NCBI GenBank assembly: GCA_964016885.1
Contig: OZ024748.1
Coordinates: forward strand, 31,248,001 to 31,312,000
Origin: Eledone cirrhosa
Lineage: Eukaryota
Direction: 5' to 3'
Length of the DNA: 64,000 nt
Below the pieces are notes generated by a model. It made no database searches, was not told the origin of the DNA, and saw only the letters and a program-made list of their open reading frames with translations. Each line of letters begins with the position of its first letter. Position 1 is the stretch's first letter. The position numbers and the translations under genes were made by a program. Below are positions 24,985 through 39,947 of this stretch, piece after piece.

Positions 24985-26075
24985 ACAATATATATTAATT
25001 TATAAAGACCAATTATATAGCTTAGTTTAACAAAAATAAATTACCTACAAAATTAAATCTATATTATTTTTAAATAATATATAAGTATAAAACAACCAAA
25101 AATTAATTATATATATATCTATACTCGATACGAACGAAATTTATAAATCCCAGTATATATATATTTTTTTTTGATATCTAAATTAACTTAGTATATATTG
25201 AAGAAAAAAACAATTAATCTAACTAACCTGAGGCAGATCTTGTTATAATACCAGAGGCACAGGCCCCAATATTCAATTTATTAAATAAATATTATTATAT
25301 GATAAATTAAAGTACTTTTATAAGTTATCATAATTAAAATACATTATAACTATGTTGATTATAATACTTCAATTACGGATTTATTTATAAAACAAATAAT
25401 AATAATTAAATAATAATAAATTTATTAATATCTTAGTATAAATTTGTTATTTAAAACAATTTTATTTAAAAGCAGGGATACAAATATAGGTTATAACGTA
25501 TAAAATTTATTTATTTAAAAGCAGGCATACAAATATAGGTTATAACGTATAAAATTTATTTATTTATAAGCAGGGATACAATATAAATAAAAATAATCAT
25601 TTATAATTTAATTAATTAAATAAAATTTAATTTAAAAATAATATTAATTTAGATTTAATGATAATAAAAGAATAGAATTTTATTCCACTTTACAAGAAGC
25701 TTTTCCCCCAAATGTATATTAAAACCAATTATTAATTATAATTTAATTATAATACACACTCAAATGTCTATATAATAAACTAGCTACCATAAAAATCGAA
25801 TAGCATTTCACTACCATTTATTATTAAATATATAACTTTACCACGTTAACAAATGAATATAATAAATAAATCTTCCTATTTCGAGAACCTAATATTTATT
25901 TATTAATATTATTAATCTATTATACAAAAGATACAATCATTAATATTTACTATACATTAATTTTTTTAAACACCCTTTTCAGTACAATCAATTTTAACAT
26001 TCTTCTAACCCTCTTACTAATTCTATTTAAAATGTTTAATCTAAACTATTTAAATAATAACTATATTATTAACTT
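24985..26075 (-). pseudogene. rrnL: Mitochondrial 16S rRNA 5' portion (NUMT; representative copy)
   Basis: Lies next to trnV. Minus-strand motifs GTACTGAAAAGG, TTCTCGAAA and AGTGAAATGCTATTCG...GGTAGCTAGTT. The conserved 3' half is absent and the boundary is approximate. Confidence 0.7.
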
Positions 26076-26145
26076 TCAAAAATAATTAAATCAATAAATA
26101 TTTTCTCAACGTAAGTGAGGCACATTATACTTATGTTAATTCTTG
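26076..26145 (-). pseudogene. trnV: Mitochondrial tRNA-Val (TAC) NUMT copy
   Basis: Acceptor stem CAAGAAT/ATTTTTG, anticodon arm CTCAC-TTACG-TTGAG; lies between rrnS and rrnL. Confidence 0.8.
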
Positions 26146-27119
26146 TACTTTATTATATAAATCCAGAAACAATTTCCATTACCTCTACTATTTTAGGACG
26201 TATCTTATCTAAATAACAAGAGTGACGGGCGATATGTACACCCTACAAAACCATTATTCGCATATACACACTAATTAAAAATTACTATTAAGTCCACCTT
26301 TCTATAAAAATATATAATTTTAATTCCGGAACAAAATAAAATTAACTATAGTAGCTCATTAAACCTTTTTTATAAGCTGCATTATGAAATTTAAATATTT
26401 TCTAGTCTTAATTCTTAAAACATAAACTTAATTTTCTAGTCATAATTCTTAAAACATAAACTAACGACAGCAAGATACAAACTGAACTTATATACAATTT
26501 CAAAAAAAAGTTAGTTTAAATTGAGGATTATCAAATAAATTAACAAGCTCCCCTAATTGGATATGTAGAACCGCCTAACTTTTTAAGTTTTAAATAAACA
26601 CGTAATCTTATAAAAGTAAACATAATTCATAATACTCAGGTAAAATAATTTTATTTTTACAAATCAAAATAATAGGGTATCTAATCCTAGTTTATTATTG
26701 AATTTTCAAAGCATAATTTTATATATAAATTTTACCCAAAAACTCATTATAATCTTTTACCTAAAAACTCATTATAATCTTTTACCTAAAAACTCATTAT
26801 AATCTTTCCTCATAAATAATATTATATTAATTTATTTTCAACCAAATCTTTTTAATCTTAATTATTTGTATAACCGCAGATGCTGGCACAAATTTATCCA
26901 ATTACCACATATAATTTCTGTGTAATAATTTCTGTATAAGAATTTATTGTACAAATATATATACTGATAAAAATTATAAAACCTCTATATTAAATCCTAT
27001 TTAATAAGATAATATATTATATTTAAATTATAAATATATTAAATAAATAATCTAAATATATAAATATATAATCAACGTTATATATATATAATTAAAAACA
27101 AACCAAAGTCAAATTTAAA
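26146..27119 (-). pseudogene. rrnS: Mitochondrial 12S rRNA NUMT copy (representative)
   Basis: GTGCCAGCATCTGCGGTTA, AAACTAGGATTAGATACCCTA and GTGTACATATCGCCCGTCACTC on the minus strand; GTCGTAACA is intact in other copies (e.g. ~24335). Confidence 0.92.
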
Positions 27120-27590
27120 TAATAAAGAGATATAAATATATCCATTTTCGAGGTATGAACCCAACAGCTTTTTTAGCTTACTTTATTATAAAGTTTCAAC
27201 AAAAATGTATTTTTAAATTTGCAATTTAATATTTTAATATAAATTATAAAACCATGAGAAAGTTACTACTTATAAATAGATTTACAATCTACCGACTAAA
27301 TTATTTCGACCACCTCATACAGAATTTAAACAACAAATATTTATTTTAAATTTTGAAAATTTACAGTTTATTTTAACTTAAAACTCTTTACAAAAAAAGG
27401 ACTTGAACCTTTCCCTTAAAGATCAAAGCTTTACATGCCCATACACCAAATTATATTATTTTATTTAACATTATATCTAAACCTATTATTTAGAAAATAA
27501 TTATACTATTTAAACTAATAAAATATATTCTCAATAAATTATTAAAATTCATCCCTAAAAATTGAAAATCTTTCGTGCCCATAAGAACCC
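27120..27590 (-). pseudogene. Mitochondrial tRNA cluster M-C-Y-W-Q-G-E (NUMT; ~11 copies in window)
   Basis: trnM(CAT) 27120-27187, trnC(GCA) 27190-27253, trnY(GTA) 27253-27318, trnW(TCA) 27319-27387, trnQ(TTG) 27388-27455. trnG is ~27456-27525 (TCC intact in later copies). trnE(TTC) is complete at 38369-38439. Confidence 0.88.
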
Positions 27591-27823
27591 TTAAATAAAA
27601 TCCATATTTTATATATATATATATACATATATATTATTTATTTACAATTATTATTATTATTAATATATACTTCCTAATTTTATATACTAAATAATCAAAA
27701 AAATAATAACCATAAAATAACTTTGAAATATTTTCCTTTCAAAAATATCATTACAATATATCATCCCTAAAAATTGAAAATCTTTCGTGCCCATTACACG
27801 ATAAGAACCCTTAAATAAAATCA

Positions 27824-27876
<53 letters not shown>

Positions 27877-27901
27877 TATTTATTTATTATATAAACATTT
27901 A

Positions 27902-28010
27902 GTTCAAATCCGACTGAGGTTGACTTTGTCTTTCATCCTTACGGGGTCGATAAAATAAAGTACCAGTAATGCACTGGGTAATTGCTGGCGTTGTGCCTAA
28001 AGTAGAAACA
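27902..28010 (+). mobile_element. 5'-truncated Octopus-type tRNA-derived SINE with 16-bp TSD (duplicated at 32861-32969)
   Basis: B box GTTCAAATCC and body TTTCATCCTTACGGGGTCGATAAAATAAAGTACCAGT; TSD ATTATATAAACATTTA at 27886-27901 and 28011-28026. Confidence 0.8.
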
Positions 28011-29745
28011 ATTATATAAACATTTACAATTATTATTATTATTATTAATTTTATATACTAAATAATCAAAAAAATAATAACCATAAAATAACTTTGAAAT
28101 ATTTTCCTTTCAAAAATATCAAACAATATATTACATTTTTTTTTAAACAATATATATTAATTTATAAAGACCAATTATATAGCTTAATTTAACAAAAATA
28201 AATTAACTACAAAATTAAATCTATATTATTTTTAAATAATATATAAGTATAAAACAAACAAAAATTAATTATATATATATCTATACTCGATACGAACAAA
28301 ATTTATAAATCCCAGTATATATATATATTTTTTTGATACAATTAATCTAACTAATCTGAGGCTGATCTTGTTATAACACCAGAGGCACAGGCCCCAATAT
28401 TTAATTTATTAAATAAATATTATTATATGATAAATTAAAGTACTTTTATAAGTTATCATAATTAAAATACATTATAACTATATTGATTATAATACTTCAA
28501 TTACGGATTTATTTATAAAACAAATAATAATAATTAAATAATAATAAATTTATTAATATCTTAGTATAGATTTGTTATTTAAAACAATTTTATTTAAAAG
28601 CAGGGATACAAATATAGGTTATAACGTATAACATTTATTTATTTAAAAGCAGGGATACAATATAAATTAAAATAATCATATATAATTTAATTAATTAAAT
28701 AAAATTTAATTTAAAAATAATATTAATTTAGATTTAATGATAATAAAAGAATAGAATTTTATTCCACTTTACAAGAAGATTTTCCCAAATTTATATTAAA
28801 ACCAATTATTAATTATAATTTAATTATAATACACACTCAAATGTCTATATAATAAACTAGCTACCATAAAAATAGAATAGCATTTCACTACCATTTATTA
28901 TTAAATATATAACATTACCACGTTAAAAAATCAATATAATAAATAAATCTTCCTATTTCGAGAACCTAATATATATTTATTAATATTATTAATATATTAT
29001 TATTAATCTATTATACATTATTAATCTATTATACAAAAGATACAATCATTAATATTTACTATACATTAATTTTTTTAAACACCCTTTTCAGTACAATCAA
29101 TTTTAACATTCTTCTAACCCTCTTACTAATTCTATTTAAAATTTTTAATCTAAACTATTTAAATAATAACTATATTATTAACTTTCAAAAATAATTAAAT
29201 CAATAAATATTTTCTCAACGTAAGTGAGACACATTATACTTATGTTAATTCTTGTAATTTATTATCCAGAAACAATTTCCATTACCTCTACTATGTTACG
29301 ACTTACCTTATCTAAATAACAAGAGTGACGGGCGATATGTACACCCTACAAAACCATTATACACACTAATTAAAAATTACTATTAAGTCCAGCTTTCTAT
29401 AAAAATATATAATTTTAAATCTGGAACAAAATAAAATTAACTATAGTAGCTCATTAAACCTTTTTTATAAGCTGCATTATGACTTGACATAAAAATTTAA
29501 ATATTTTCTAGTCTTTTAACATAATTCTTAAAACATAAACTGACGACCGCAATATACAAACTGAAATTATATACAATTTCAAAAAAAAGTTAGTTTAAAT
29601 TGAGGATTATCAAATAAATTAACAAGCTCCCCTAATTGGATATGTAGAACACCAAACTTTTCAAAAATATCATTACAATATATCATCCCTAAAAATTGAA
29701 AATCTTTCGTGCCCATTACACCATAAGAACCCTTAAATAAAATCC

Positions 29746-29798
<53 letters not shown>

Positions 29799-32782
29799 TA
29801 TTTATTATATAAACATTTACAATTATTATTATTATTATTAATTTTATATACTAAATAATCAAAAAAATAATAACCATAATATAACTTTGAAATATTTTCC
29901 TTTCAAAAATATCAAACAATATATTAAAACATTTTTTTTTTAAACAATATATATTAATTTATAAAGACCAATTATATAGCTTAGTTTAACAAAAATAAAT
30001 TACCTACAAAATTAAATCTATATTATTTTTAAATAATATATAAGTATAAAACAACCAAAAATTAATTATATATATATCTATACTCGATACGAACGAAATT
30101 TATAAATCCCAGTATATATATATTTTTTTTTGATATCTAAATTAACTTAGTATATATTGAAGAAAAAAACAATTAATCTAACTAACCTGAGGCAGATCTT
30201 GTTATAATACCAGAGGCACAGGCCCCAATATTCAATTTATTAAATAAATATTATTATATGATAAATTAAAGTACTTTTATAAGTTATCATAATTAAAATA
30301 CATTATAACTATGTTGATTATAATACTTCAATTACGGATTTATTTATAAAACAAATAATAATAATTAAATAATAATAAATTTATTAATATCTTAGTATAA
30401 ATTTGTTATTTAAAACAATTTTATTTAAAAGCAGGGATACAAATATAGGTTATAACGTATAAAATTTATTTATTTAAAAGCAGGCATACAAATATAGGTT
30501 ATAACGTATAAAATTTATTTATTTATAAGCAGGGATACAATATAAATAAAAATAATCATTTATAATTTAATTAATTAAATAAAATTTAATTTAAAAATAA
30601 TATTAATTTAGATTTAATGATAATAAAAGAATAGAATTTTATTCCACTTTACAAGAAGCTTTTCCCCCAAATGTATATTAAAACCAATTATTAATTATAA
30701 TTTAATTATAATACACACTCAAATGTCTATATAATAAACTAGCTACCATAAAAATCGAATAGCATTTCACTACCATTTATTATTAAATATATAACTTTAC
30801 CACGTTAACAAATGAATATAATAAATAAATCTTCCTATTTCGAGAACCTAATATTTATTTATTAATATTATTAATCTATTATACAAAAGATACAATCATT
30901 AATATTTACTATACATTAATTTTTTTAAACACCCTTTTCAGTACAATCAATTTTAACATTCTTCTAACCCTCTTACTAATTCTATTTAAAATGTTTAATC
31001 TAAACTATTTAAATAATAACTATATTATTAACTTTCAAAAATAATTAAATCAATAAATATTTTCTCAACGTAAGTGAGGCACATTATACTTATGTTAATT
31101 CTTGTACTTTATTATATAAATCCAGAAACAATTTCCATTACCTCTACTATTTTAGGACGTATCTTATCTAAATAACAAGAGTGACGGGCGATATGTACAC
31201 CCTACAAAACCATTATTCGCATATACACACTAATTAAAAATTACTATTAAGTCCACCTTTCTATAAAAATATATAATTTTAATTCCGGAACAAAATAAAA
31301 TTAACTATAGTAGCTCATTAAACCTTTTTTATAAGCTGCATTATGAAATTTAAATATTTTCTAGTCTTAATTCTTAAAACATAAACTTAATTTTCTAGTC
31401 ATAATTCTTAAAACATAAACTAACGACAGCAAGATACAAACTGAACTTATATACAATTTCAAAAAAAAGTTAGTTTAAATTGAGGATTATCAAATAAATT
31501 AACAAGCTCCCCTAATTGGATATGTAGAACCGCCTAACTTTTTAAGTTTTAAATAAACACGTAATCTTATAAAAGTAAACATAATTCATAATACTCAGGT
31601 AAAATAATTTTATTTTTACAAATCAAAATAATAGGGTATCTAATCCTAGTTTATTATTGAATTTTCAAAGCATAATTTTATATATAAATTTTACCCAAAA
31701 ACTCATTATAATCTTTTACCTAAAAACTCATTATAATCTTTTACCTAAAAACTCATTATAATCTTTCCTCATAAATAATATTATATTAATTTATTTTCAA
31801 CCAAATCTTTTTAATCTTAATTATTTGTATAACCGCAGATGCTGGCACAAATTTATCCAATTACCACATATAATTTCTGTGTAATAATTTCTGTATAAGA
31901 ATTTATTGTACAAATATATATACTGATAAAAATTATAAAACCTCTATATTAAATCCTATTTAATAAGATAATATATTATATTTAAATTATAAATATATTA
32001 AATAAATAATCTAAATATATAAATATATAATCAACGTTATATATATATAATTAAAAACAAACCAAAGTCAAATTTAAATAATAAAGAGATATAAATATAT
32101 CCATTTTCGAGGTATGAACCCAACAGCTTTTTTAGCTTACTTTATTATAAAGTTTCAACAAAAATGTATTTTTAAATTTGCAATTTAATATTTTAATATA
32201 AATTATAAAACCATGAGAAAGTTACTACTTATAAATAGATTTACAATCTACCGACTAAATTATTTCGACCACCTCATACAGAATTTAAACAACAAATATT
32301 TATTTTAAATTTTGAAAATTTACAGTTTATTTTAACTTAAAACTCTTTACAAAAAAAGGACTTGAACCTTTCCCTTAAAGATCAAAGCTTTACATGCCCA
32401 TACACCAAATTATATTATTTTATTTAACATTATATCTAAACCTATTATTTAGAAAATAATTATACTATTTAAACTAATAAAATATATTCTCAATAAATTA
32501 TTAAAATTCATCCCTAAAAATTGAAAATCTTTCGTGCCCATAAGAACCCTTAAATAAAATCCATATTTTATATATATATATATACATATATATTATTTAT
32601 TTACAATTATTATTATTATTAATATATACTTCCTAATTTTATATACTAAATAATCAAAAAAATAATAACCATAAAATAACTTTGAAATATTTTCCTTTCA
32701 AAAATATCATTACAATATATCATCCCTAAAAATTGAAAATCTTTCGTGCCCATTACACGATAAGAACCCTTAAATAAAATCA

Positions 32783-32835
<53 letters not shown>

Positions 32836-35800
32836 TATTTATTTATTATATAAACATTTAGTTCAAATCCGACTGAGGTTGACTTTGTCTTTCATCCTTA
32901 CGGGGTCGATAAAATAAAGTACCAGTAATGCACTGGGTAATTGCTGGCGTTGTGCCTAAAGTAGAAACAATTATATAAACATTTACAATTATTATTATTA
33001 TTATTAATTTTATATACTAAATAATCAAAAAAATAATAACCATAAAATAACTTTGAAATATTTTCCTTTCAAAAATATCAAACAATATATTACATTTTTT
33101 TTTAAACAATATATATTAATTTATAAAGACCAATTATATAGCTTAATTTAACAAAAATAAATTAACTACAAAATTAAATCTATATTATTTTTAAATAATA
33201 TATAAGTATAAAACAAACAAAAATTAATTATATATATATCTATACTCGATACGAACAAAATTTATAAATCCCAGTATATATATATATTTTTTTGATACAA
33301 TTAATCTAACTAATCTGAGGCTGATCTTGTTATAACACCAGAGGCACAGGCCCCAATATTTAATTTATTAAATAAATATTATTATATGATAAATTAAAGT
33401 ACTTTTATAAGTTATCATAATTAAAATACATTATAACTATATTGATTATAATACTTCAATTACGGATTTATTTATAAAACAAATAATAATAATTAAATAA
33501 TAATAAATTTATTAATATCTTAGTATAAATTTGTTATTTAAAACAATTTTATTTAAAAGCAGGGATACAAATATAGGTTATAACGTATAAAATTTATTTA
33601 TTTAAAAGCAGGGATACAAATATAGGTTATAACGTATAAAATTTATTTATTTAAAAGCAGGAATACAAATATAGGTTATAACGTATAAAATTTGTTTATT
33701 TAAAAGCAGGGATACAATATAAATTAAAATAATCATATATAATTTAATTAATTAAATAAAATGTAATTTAAAAATAATATTAATTTAGATTTAATGATAA
33801 TAAAAGAATAGAATTTTATTCCAATTTACAAGAAGCTTTTCGCCCAAATTTATATTAAAACCAATTATTAATTATAATTTAATTATAATACACACTCAAA
33901 TGTCTATATAATAAACTAGCTACCATAAAAATCGATACCATTTATTATTAAATATATAACTTTACCACGTTAACAAATCAATATAATAAATAAATCTTCC
34001 TATTACGAGAACCTAATATTTAATTATTAATATCATTAATCTATTATACAAAAGATACAATCATTAATATTTACTATACATTAATTTTTTTAAACACCCT
34101 TTTCAGTACAATCAATTTTAACATTCTTCTAACCCTCTTACTAATTCTATTTAAAATTTTTAATCTAAACTATTTAAATAATAACTATATTATTAACTTT
34201 CAAAAATAATTAAATCAATAAATATTTTCTCAACGTAAGTGAGACACATTATAATTATGTTAATTCTTGTACTTTATTATATAAATCCAGAAACAATTTC
34301 CATTACCTCTACTATGTTACGACTTATCTTATCTAAATGACAAGAGTGACGGGCGATATGTACACCATACAAAACCATTATTCACATATACACACTAATT
34401 AAAAATTACTATTAAGTCCACCTTTCTATAAAAATATATAATTTTAAATCCGGAACAAAATAAAATTAACTATAGTAGCTCATTAAACCTTTTTTATAAG
34501 CTGCATTATGACTTGACATAAAAATTTAAATATTTTCTAGTCTTTTAACATAATTCTTAAAACATAAACTGACGACAGCAATATACAAACTGAACTTATA
34601 TACAATTTCAAAAAAAAGTTAGTTTAAATTGAGGAATATCAAATAAATTAACAAGCTCCCTTAATTGGATATGTAGAACCGCCAAACTTTTTAATTTTAA
34701 ATAAACACGTAATCTTATAAAAGTAAACATAATTCATAATACTCAGGTAAAATAAATTTATTTTTACAAATCAAAATAATAGGGTATCTAATCCTAGTTT
34801 ATTATTGAATTTTCAAAGCATTTATAATAAAGAAAACAAAAAAAAACAATCAAATTTTATATATGAATTTTACCTAAAAACTCATTATAATCTTTCCTCA
34901 TAAATAATATTATATTACTTTATTTTCAACCAAAACTTTTTAATCTTAATTATTTGTATAACCGCAGATGCTGGCACAAATTTATCCAATTACCACATAT
35001 AATTTCTGTGTAATAATTTCTGTATAAGAATTTATTGTACAAATATATATACTGATAAAAATTATAAAACCTCTATATTAAATCCTATTTAATAAGATAA
35101 TATATTATATTTAAATTATAAATATATTAAATAAATAATCTAAATATATAAATATATAATCAACGTTATATATATATAATAAAAAACAAACCAAAGTCAA
35201 ATTTAAATAATAAAGAGATATAAATATATCCATTTTCGAGGTATGAACCCAACAGCTTTTTTAGCTTACTTTATTATAAAGTTTCAACAAAAATGTATTT
35301 TTAAATTTGCAATTTAATATTTTAATATAAATTATAAAACCATGAGAAAGTTACTACTTATAAATAAATTTACAATCTACCGACTAAATTATTTCGACCA
35401 CCTCATACAGAATTTAAACAACAAATATTTATTTTAAATTTTGAAAATTTACAGTTTATTTTAACTTAAAACTATTTACAAAAAAAGGACTTGAACCTTT
35501 CCCTTAAAGATCAAAACTTTACATGCCCAAACACCAAATTATATTATTTTATTTAACATTATATCTAAACCTATTATTTGGAAAATAATTATACTATTTA
35601 TACTAATAAAATATATTCTCAATAAATTATTAAAATTCATCCCTAAATTTGAAAATCTTTCGTGCCCATAAGAACCCTTAAATAAAATCCATATTTTATA
35701 TATATATATATACATATATATTATTTATTTACAATTATTATTATTATTAATATATACTTCCTAATTTTATATACTAAATAATCAAAAAAATAATAACCAT

Positions 35801-37864
35801 AAAATAACTTTGAAATATTTCCCTTTTAAAAATATCAAACAATATATTAAAACATTTTTTTTTCAACAATATATATTAATTTATTAAGACCAATTATATA
35901 GCTTAATTTAACAAAAATAAATTAACTACAAAATTAAATCTATATTATTTTTAAATAATATATACGTATAAAACAACCAAAAATTAATTATATATATATC
36001 TATACTCGATACGAACGAAATTTATAAATCCCAGTATATATATATTTTTTTTGATATCTAAATTAACTTAGTATATATTGAAGAAAAAAACAATTAATCT
36101 AACTATCCTGAGGCAGATCTTGTTATAATACCAGAGGCACAGGCCCCAATATTCAATTTATTAAATATATATTATTATATGATAAATTAAAGTACTTTTA
36201 TAAGTTATCATAATTAAAATACATTATAACTATATTGATTATAATACTTCAATTACGGATTTATTTATAAAACAAATAATAATAATTAAATAATAATAAA
36301 TTTCTTAATATCTTAGTATAAATTTGTTATTTAAAACAATTTTATTTAAAAGCAGGGATACAAATATAGGTTATAACGTATAAAATTTATTTATTTAAAA
36401 GCAGGCATACAAATATAGGTTATAACGTATAAAATTTATTTATTTAAAAGCAGGGATACAATATAAATTAAAATAATCATATACAATTTAATTAATTAAA
36501 TATAATTTAATTTAAAAATAATATTAATTTAGATTTAATGATAATAAAAGAATAGAATTTTATTCCACTTTACAAGAAGCTTTTCCCCCAAATTTATATT
36601 AAAACCAATTATTAATTATAATTTAATTATAATACACACTCAAATGTCTATATAATAAACTAGCTACCATAAAAATTGAATAGCATTTCACTACCATTTA
36701 TTATTAAATATATAACTTTACCACGTTAACAAATGAATATAATAAATAAATCTTCCTATTTCGAGAACCTAATATTTATTTATTAATATTATTAATCTAT
36801 TATACAAAAGATACAATCATTAATATTTACTATACATTAATTTTTTTAAACACCCTTTTCAGTACAATCAATTTTAACATTCTTCTAACCCTCTATTTAA
36901 AATTTTTAATCTAAACTATTTAAATAATAACTATATTATTAACTTTCAAAAATAATTAAATCAATTTTCTCAACGTAAGTGAGACACATTATACTTATGT
37001 TAATTCTTGTACTTTATTATATAAATCCAGAAACAATTTCTATTTCTTATCTAAATAACAAGAGTGACGGGCGATATGTACACCCTACAAAACCATTATT
37101 CACATATACACACTAAATAAAAAATACTATTAAGTCCACCTTTCTATAATAATATATAATTTTAAATCCGGAACAAAATAAAATTAACTATAATAGCTCA
37201 TTAAACCTTTTTTATAAGCTGCATAAAAATTTAAATATTTTCTAGTCTTTTAACATAATTCTTTAAACATAAACTGACGACAGCAATATACAAACTGAAC
37301 TTATATACAATTTCAAAAAAAATTTAGTTTAAATTGAGGATTATCAAATAAATTAACAAGCTCCCTTAATTGGATATGTAGAACCGCCAAACTTTTTAAG
37401 TTTTAAATAAACACGTAATCTTATAAAAGTAAACATAATTCATAATACTCAGGTAAAATAACTTTATTTTTACAAATCAAAATAATAGGGTATCTAATCC
37501 TAGTTTATTATTGAATTTTCAAAGCATTTATAATAAAGAAAACAAAAAAAACAATCAAATTTTATATATAAATTTTACCTAAAAACTCATTATAATCTTT
37601 CCTCATAAATAATATTATTTTACTTTATTTTCAACCAAATCTTTTTAATCTTAATTATTTGTATAACCGCAGATGCTGGCACAAATTTATCCAATTACCA
37701 CATATAATTTCTGTATAAAACTCCCATTTATTGTACAAATATATATACTGATAAAAAGTATGAAACTCTATTTTAATATAGAGGTTTAATATATTTTAAT
37801 ATATTATATTTAAATTATAAATATATTAAATAAATAATCTAAATATATAAACATATAATCAACG

Positions 37865-37925
<61 letters not shown>

Positions 37926-38454
37926 CTAACATGTATAAAATTACAAAAATTAAATCAAACCAAAGTCAAATTTAAATAATAAAGAGATATAAATATATCC
38001 ATTTTCGAAGCTTTTTTAACTTACTTTATTATAAAGTTTCAACAAAAATGTATTTTTAAAGTTGCAATTTAATATTTTAATATAAATTATAAAACCATGA
38101 GAAAGTTAATACTTATATATAGATTTACAATCTACCGACTAAATTATTTCGACCACCTCATACAGAATTTAAACAACAAATATTTATTTTAAATTCTGAA
38201 AATTTACAGTTTATTTTAACTTAAAACTCTTTACAAAAAAAGGACTTGAACCTTTCCCTTAAAGATCAAAACTTTACATGCCCATACACCAAATCATATT
38301 ATTTTATTTAACATTATATCTAAACCTATTATTTGGAAAATAATTATACTATTTATACTAATAAAATATATTCTCAATAAATTATTAAAATTCATCCCTA
38401 AAAATTGAAAATCTTTCGTGCCCATTACACCATAAGAACCCTTAAATAAAATCC

Positions 38455-38493
<39 letters not shown>

Positions 38494-38879
38494 TATTTAT
38501 TATATAAACATTTACAATTATTATTATTATTATTAATTTTATATACTAAATAATCAAAAAAATAATAACCATAACTTTGAAATAATTTCCTTTCAAAAAT
38601 ATCAAACAATATATTAAAACATTTTTTTTTCAACAATATATATTAATTTATAAAGACCAATTATATAGCTTAATTTAACAAAAATAAATTAACTACAAAA
38701 TTAAATCTATATTATTTTTAAATAATATATACGTATAAAACAACCAAAAATTAATTATATATATATCTATACTCGATACGAACGAAATTTACATCATAAA
38801 ATCACATATAAATCTGTAAATATATATAAATCAACTTAATACTTTAACAAAATAATAAATAATACTTATATATCTATTT

Positions 38880-39601
38880 ATGATCCGAAATCCATTCCAT
38901 CTAGTTGAATTTAGACCATGACCATCTATAAGAGCATTATTTTTAACTACTGGATCATCTTCATGATTTCATAATTACGGAACTTTACTATTAATACTTG
39001 CATTTTCTCTTATAATTTTAACAATTATTCAATGATGACGAGAAATAATTCAATGATCCGTGAAAGCACATTCCAAGGATTTCATACTTCAAAAGTATAT
39101 AACGGAATACGATGAGGAATAATTTTATTTATTGTCTCAGAAATCTGTTTTTTTTTTGCTTTTTTCTGAGCTTATTTCCATAGAAGATTAGCATGTTGAC
39201 CTCCTATTAATATTTAAGACCCCTTCCAAATTCCTCTTCTTAATACTGCAATTCTCCTATCATCCGGAGTTTCCGTAACTTGAGCACATCATTCTCTTAT
39301 AACAAATAACCTTAAATCAGCCATTCAAGCTATAATTATTACCATCTCCTTAGGATTTTATTTCACCGTCCTACAAGCAATAGATAGTATTTACGGCACA
39401 ACCTTTTTTGAAGCTACAGGATTTCACGGACTTCATGATATTATTGGTTCAACCTTTTTATTAATATGTTTAATCCGAATTATTATAAATCACTTCTCAT
39501 CATCCCACCATTTTGGATTTGAAGCAGCTGCATAATATTGACATTTCGTCGATGTTGTTTGATTATTTCTATATACTTTTATTTATTGATGAGGATCATA
39601 A
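38880..39601 (+). pseudogene. cox3: Mitochondrial cytochrome c oxidase III NUMT pseudogene
   Basis: In the invertebrate mitochondrial code: MIRNPFHLVEFSPWP...STFQGFH...PLLNTAILLSSG...TGFHGLH...HHFGFEAA...WHFVDVVWLFLY. Has an internal duplication, deletions and a TAA stop near 39533. Confidence 0.93.
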
Positions 39602-39607
39602 TATAAT

Positions 39608-39947
39608 ATTATTAAGTGGCCGAAAAATTAAGCACTAGACTTTTAATCTAGAAAATGATTATTATAATCCTTAATGGTATTATATTTTACAAAGAAAATT
39701 TAATTTGCACTTAAAAACAAATAGAAAATATCTATTTAATACCACCCTACTCAAGAAATGAACTTTCATATATGGTTTCGACCCATAATTAGGTATTTTA
39801 TTACCCTTGTTTCAACAAAAAGCCAAAATAGAGGCATTTAACTGTTAATTAAAAAACTGAAAATATTTTCTTTGTTGAAAGTATAGCGCCGGAATGAACG
39901 GATTATATTGATGTTATAAAAAATAAGAAAAATTATCTTCTATGCTT
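39608..39947 (+). pseudogene. Mitochondrial tRNA cluster K-A-R-N-I (NUMT)
   Basis: Anticodon arms CTAGA-CTTTTAA-TCTAG (K), TTTGCAC (A), ATGG-TTTCGAC-CCAT (R), CTGTTAA (N), TTGATGT (I). Confidence 0.85.

Noticed and set aside
33545-33720. CRISPR-like array of ~41-bp repeats
   Set aside because: Direct tandem repeats with no unique spacers, no cas genes, and a eukaryotic context.
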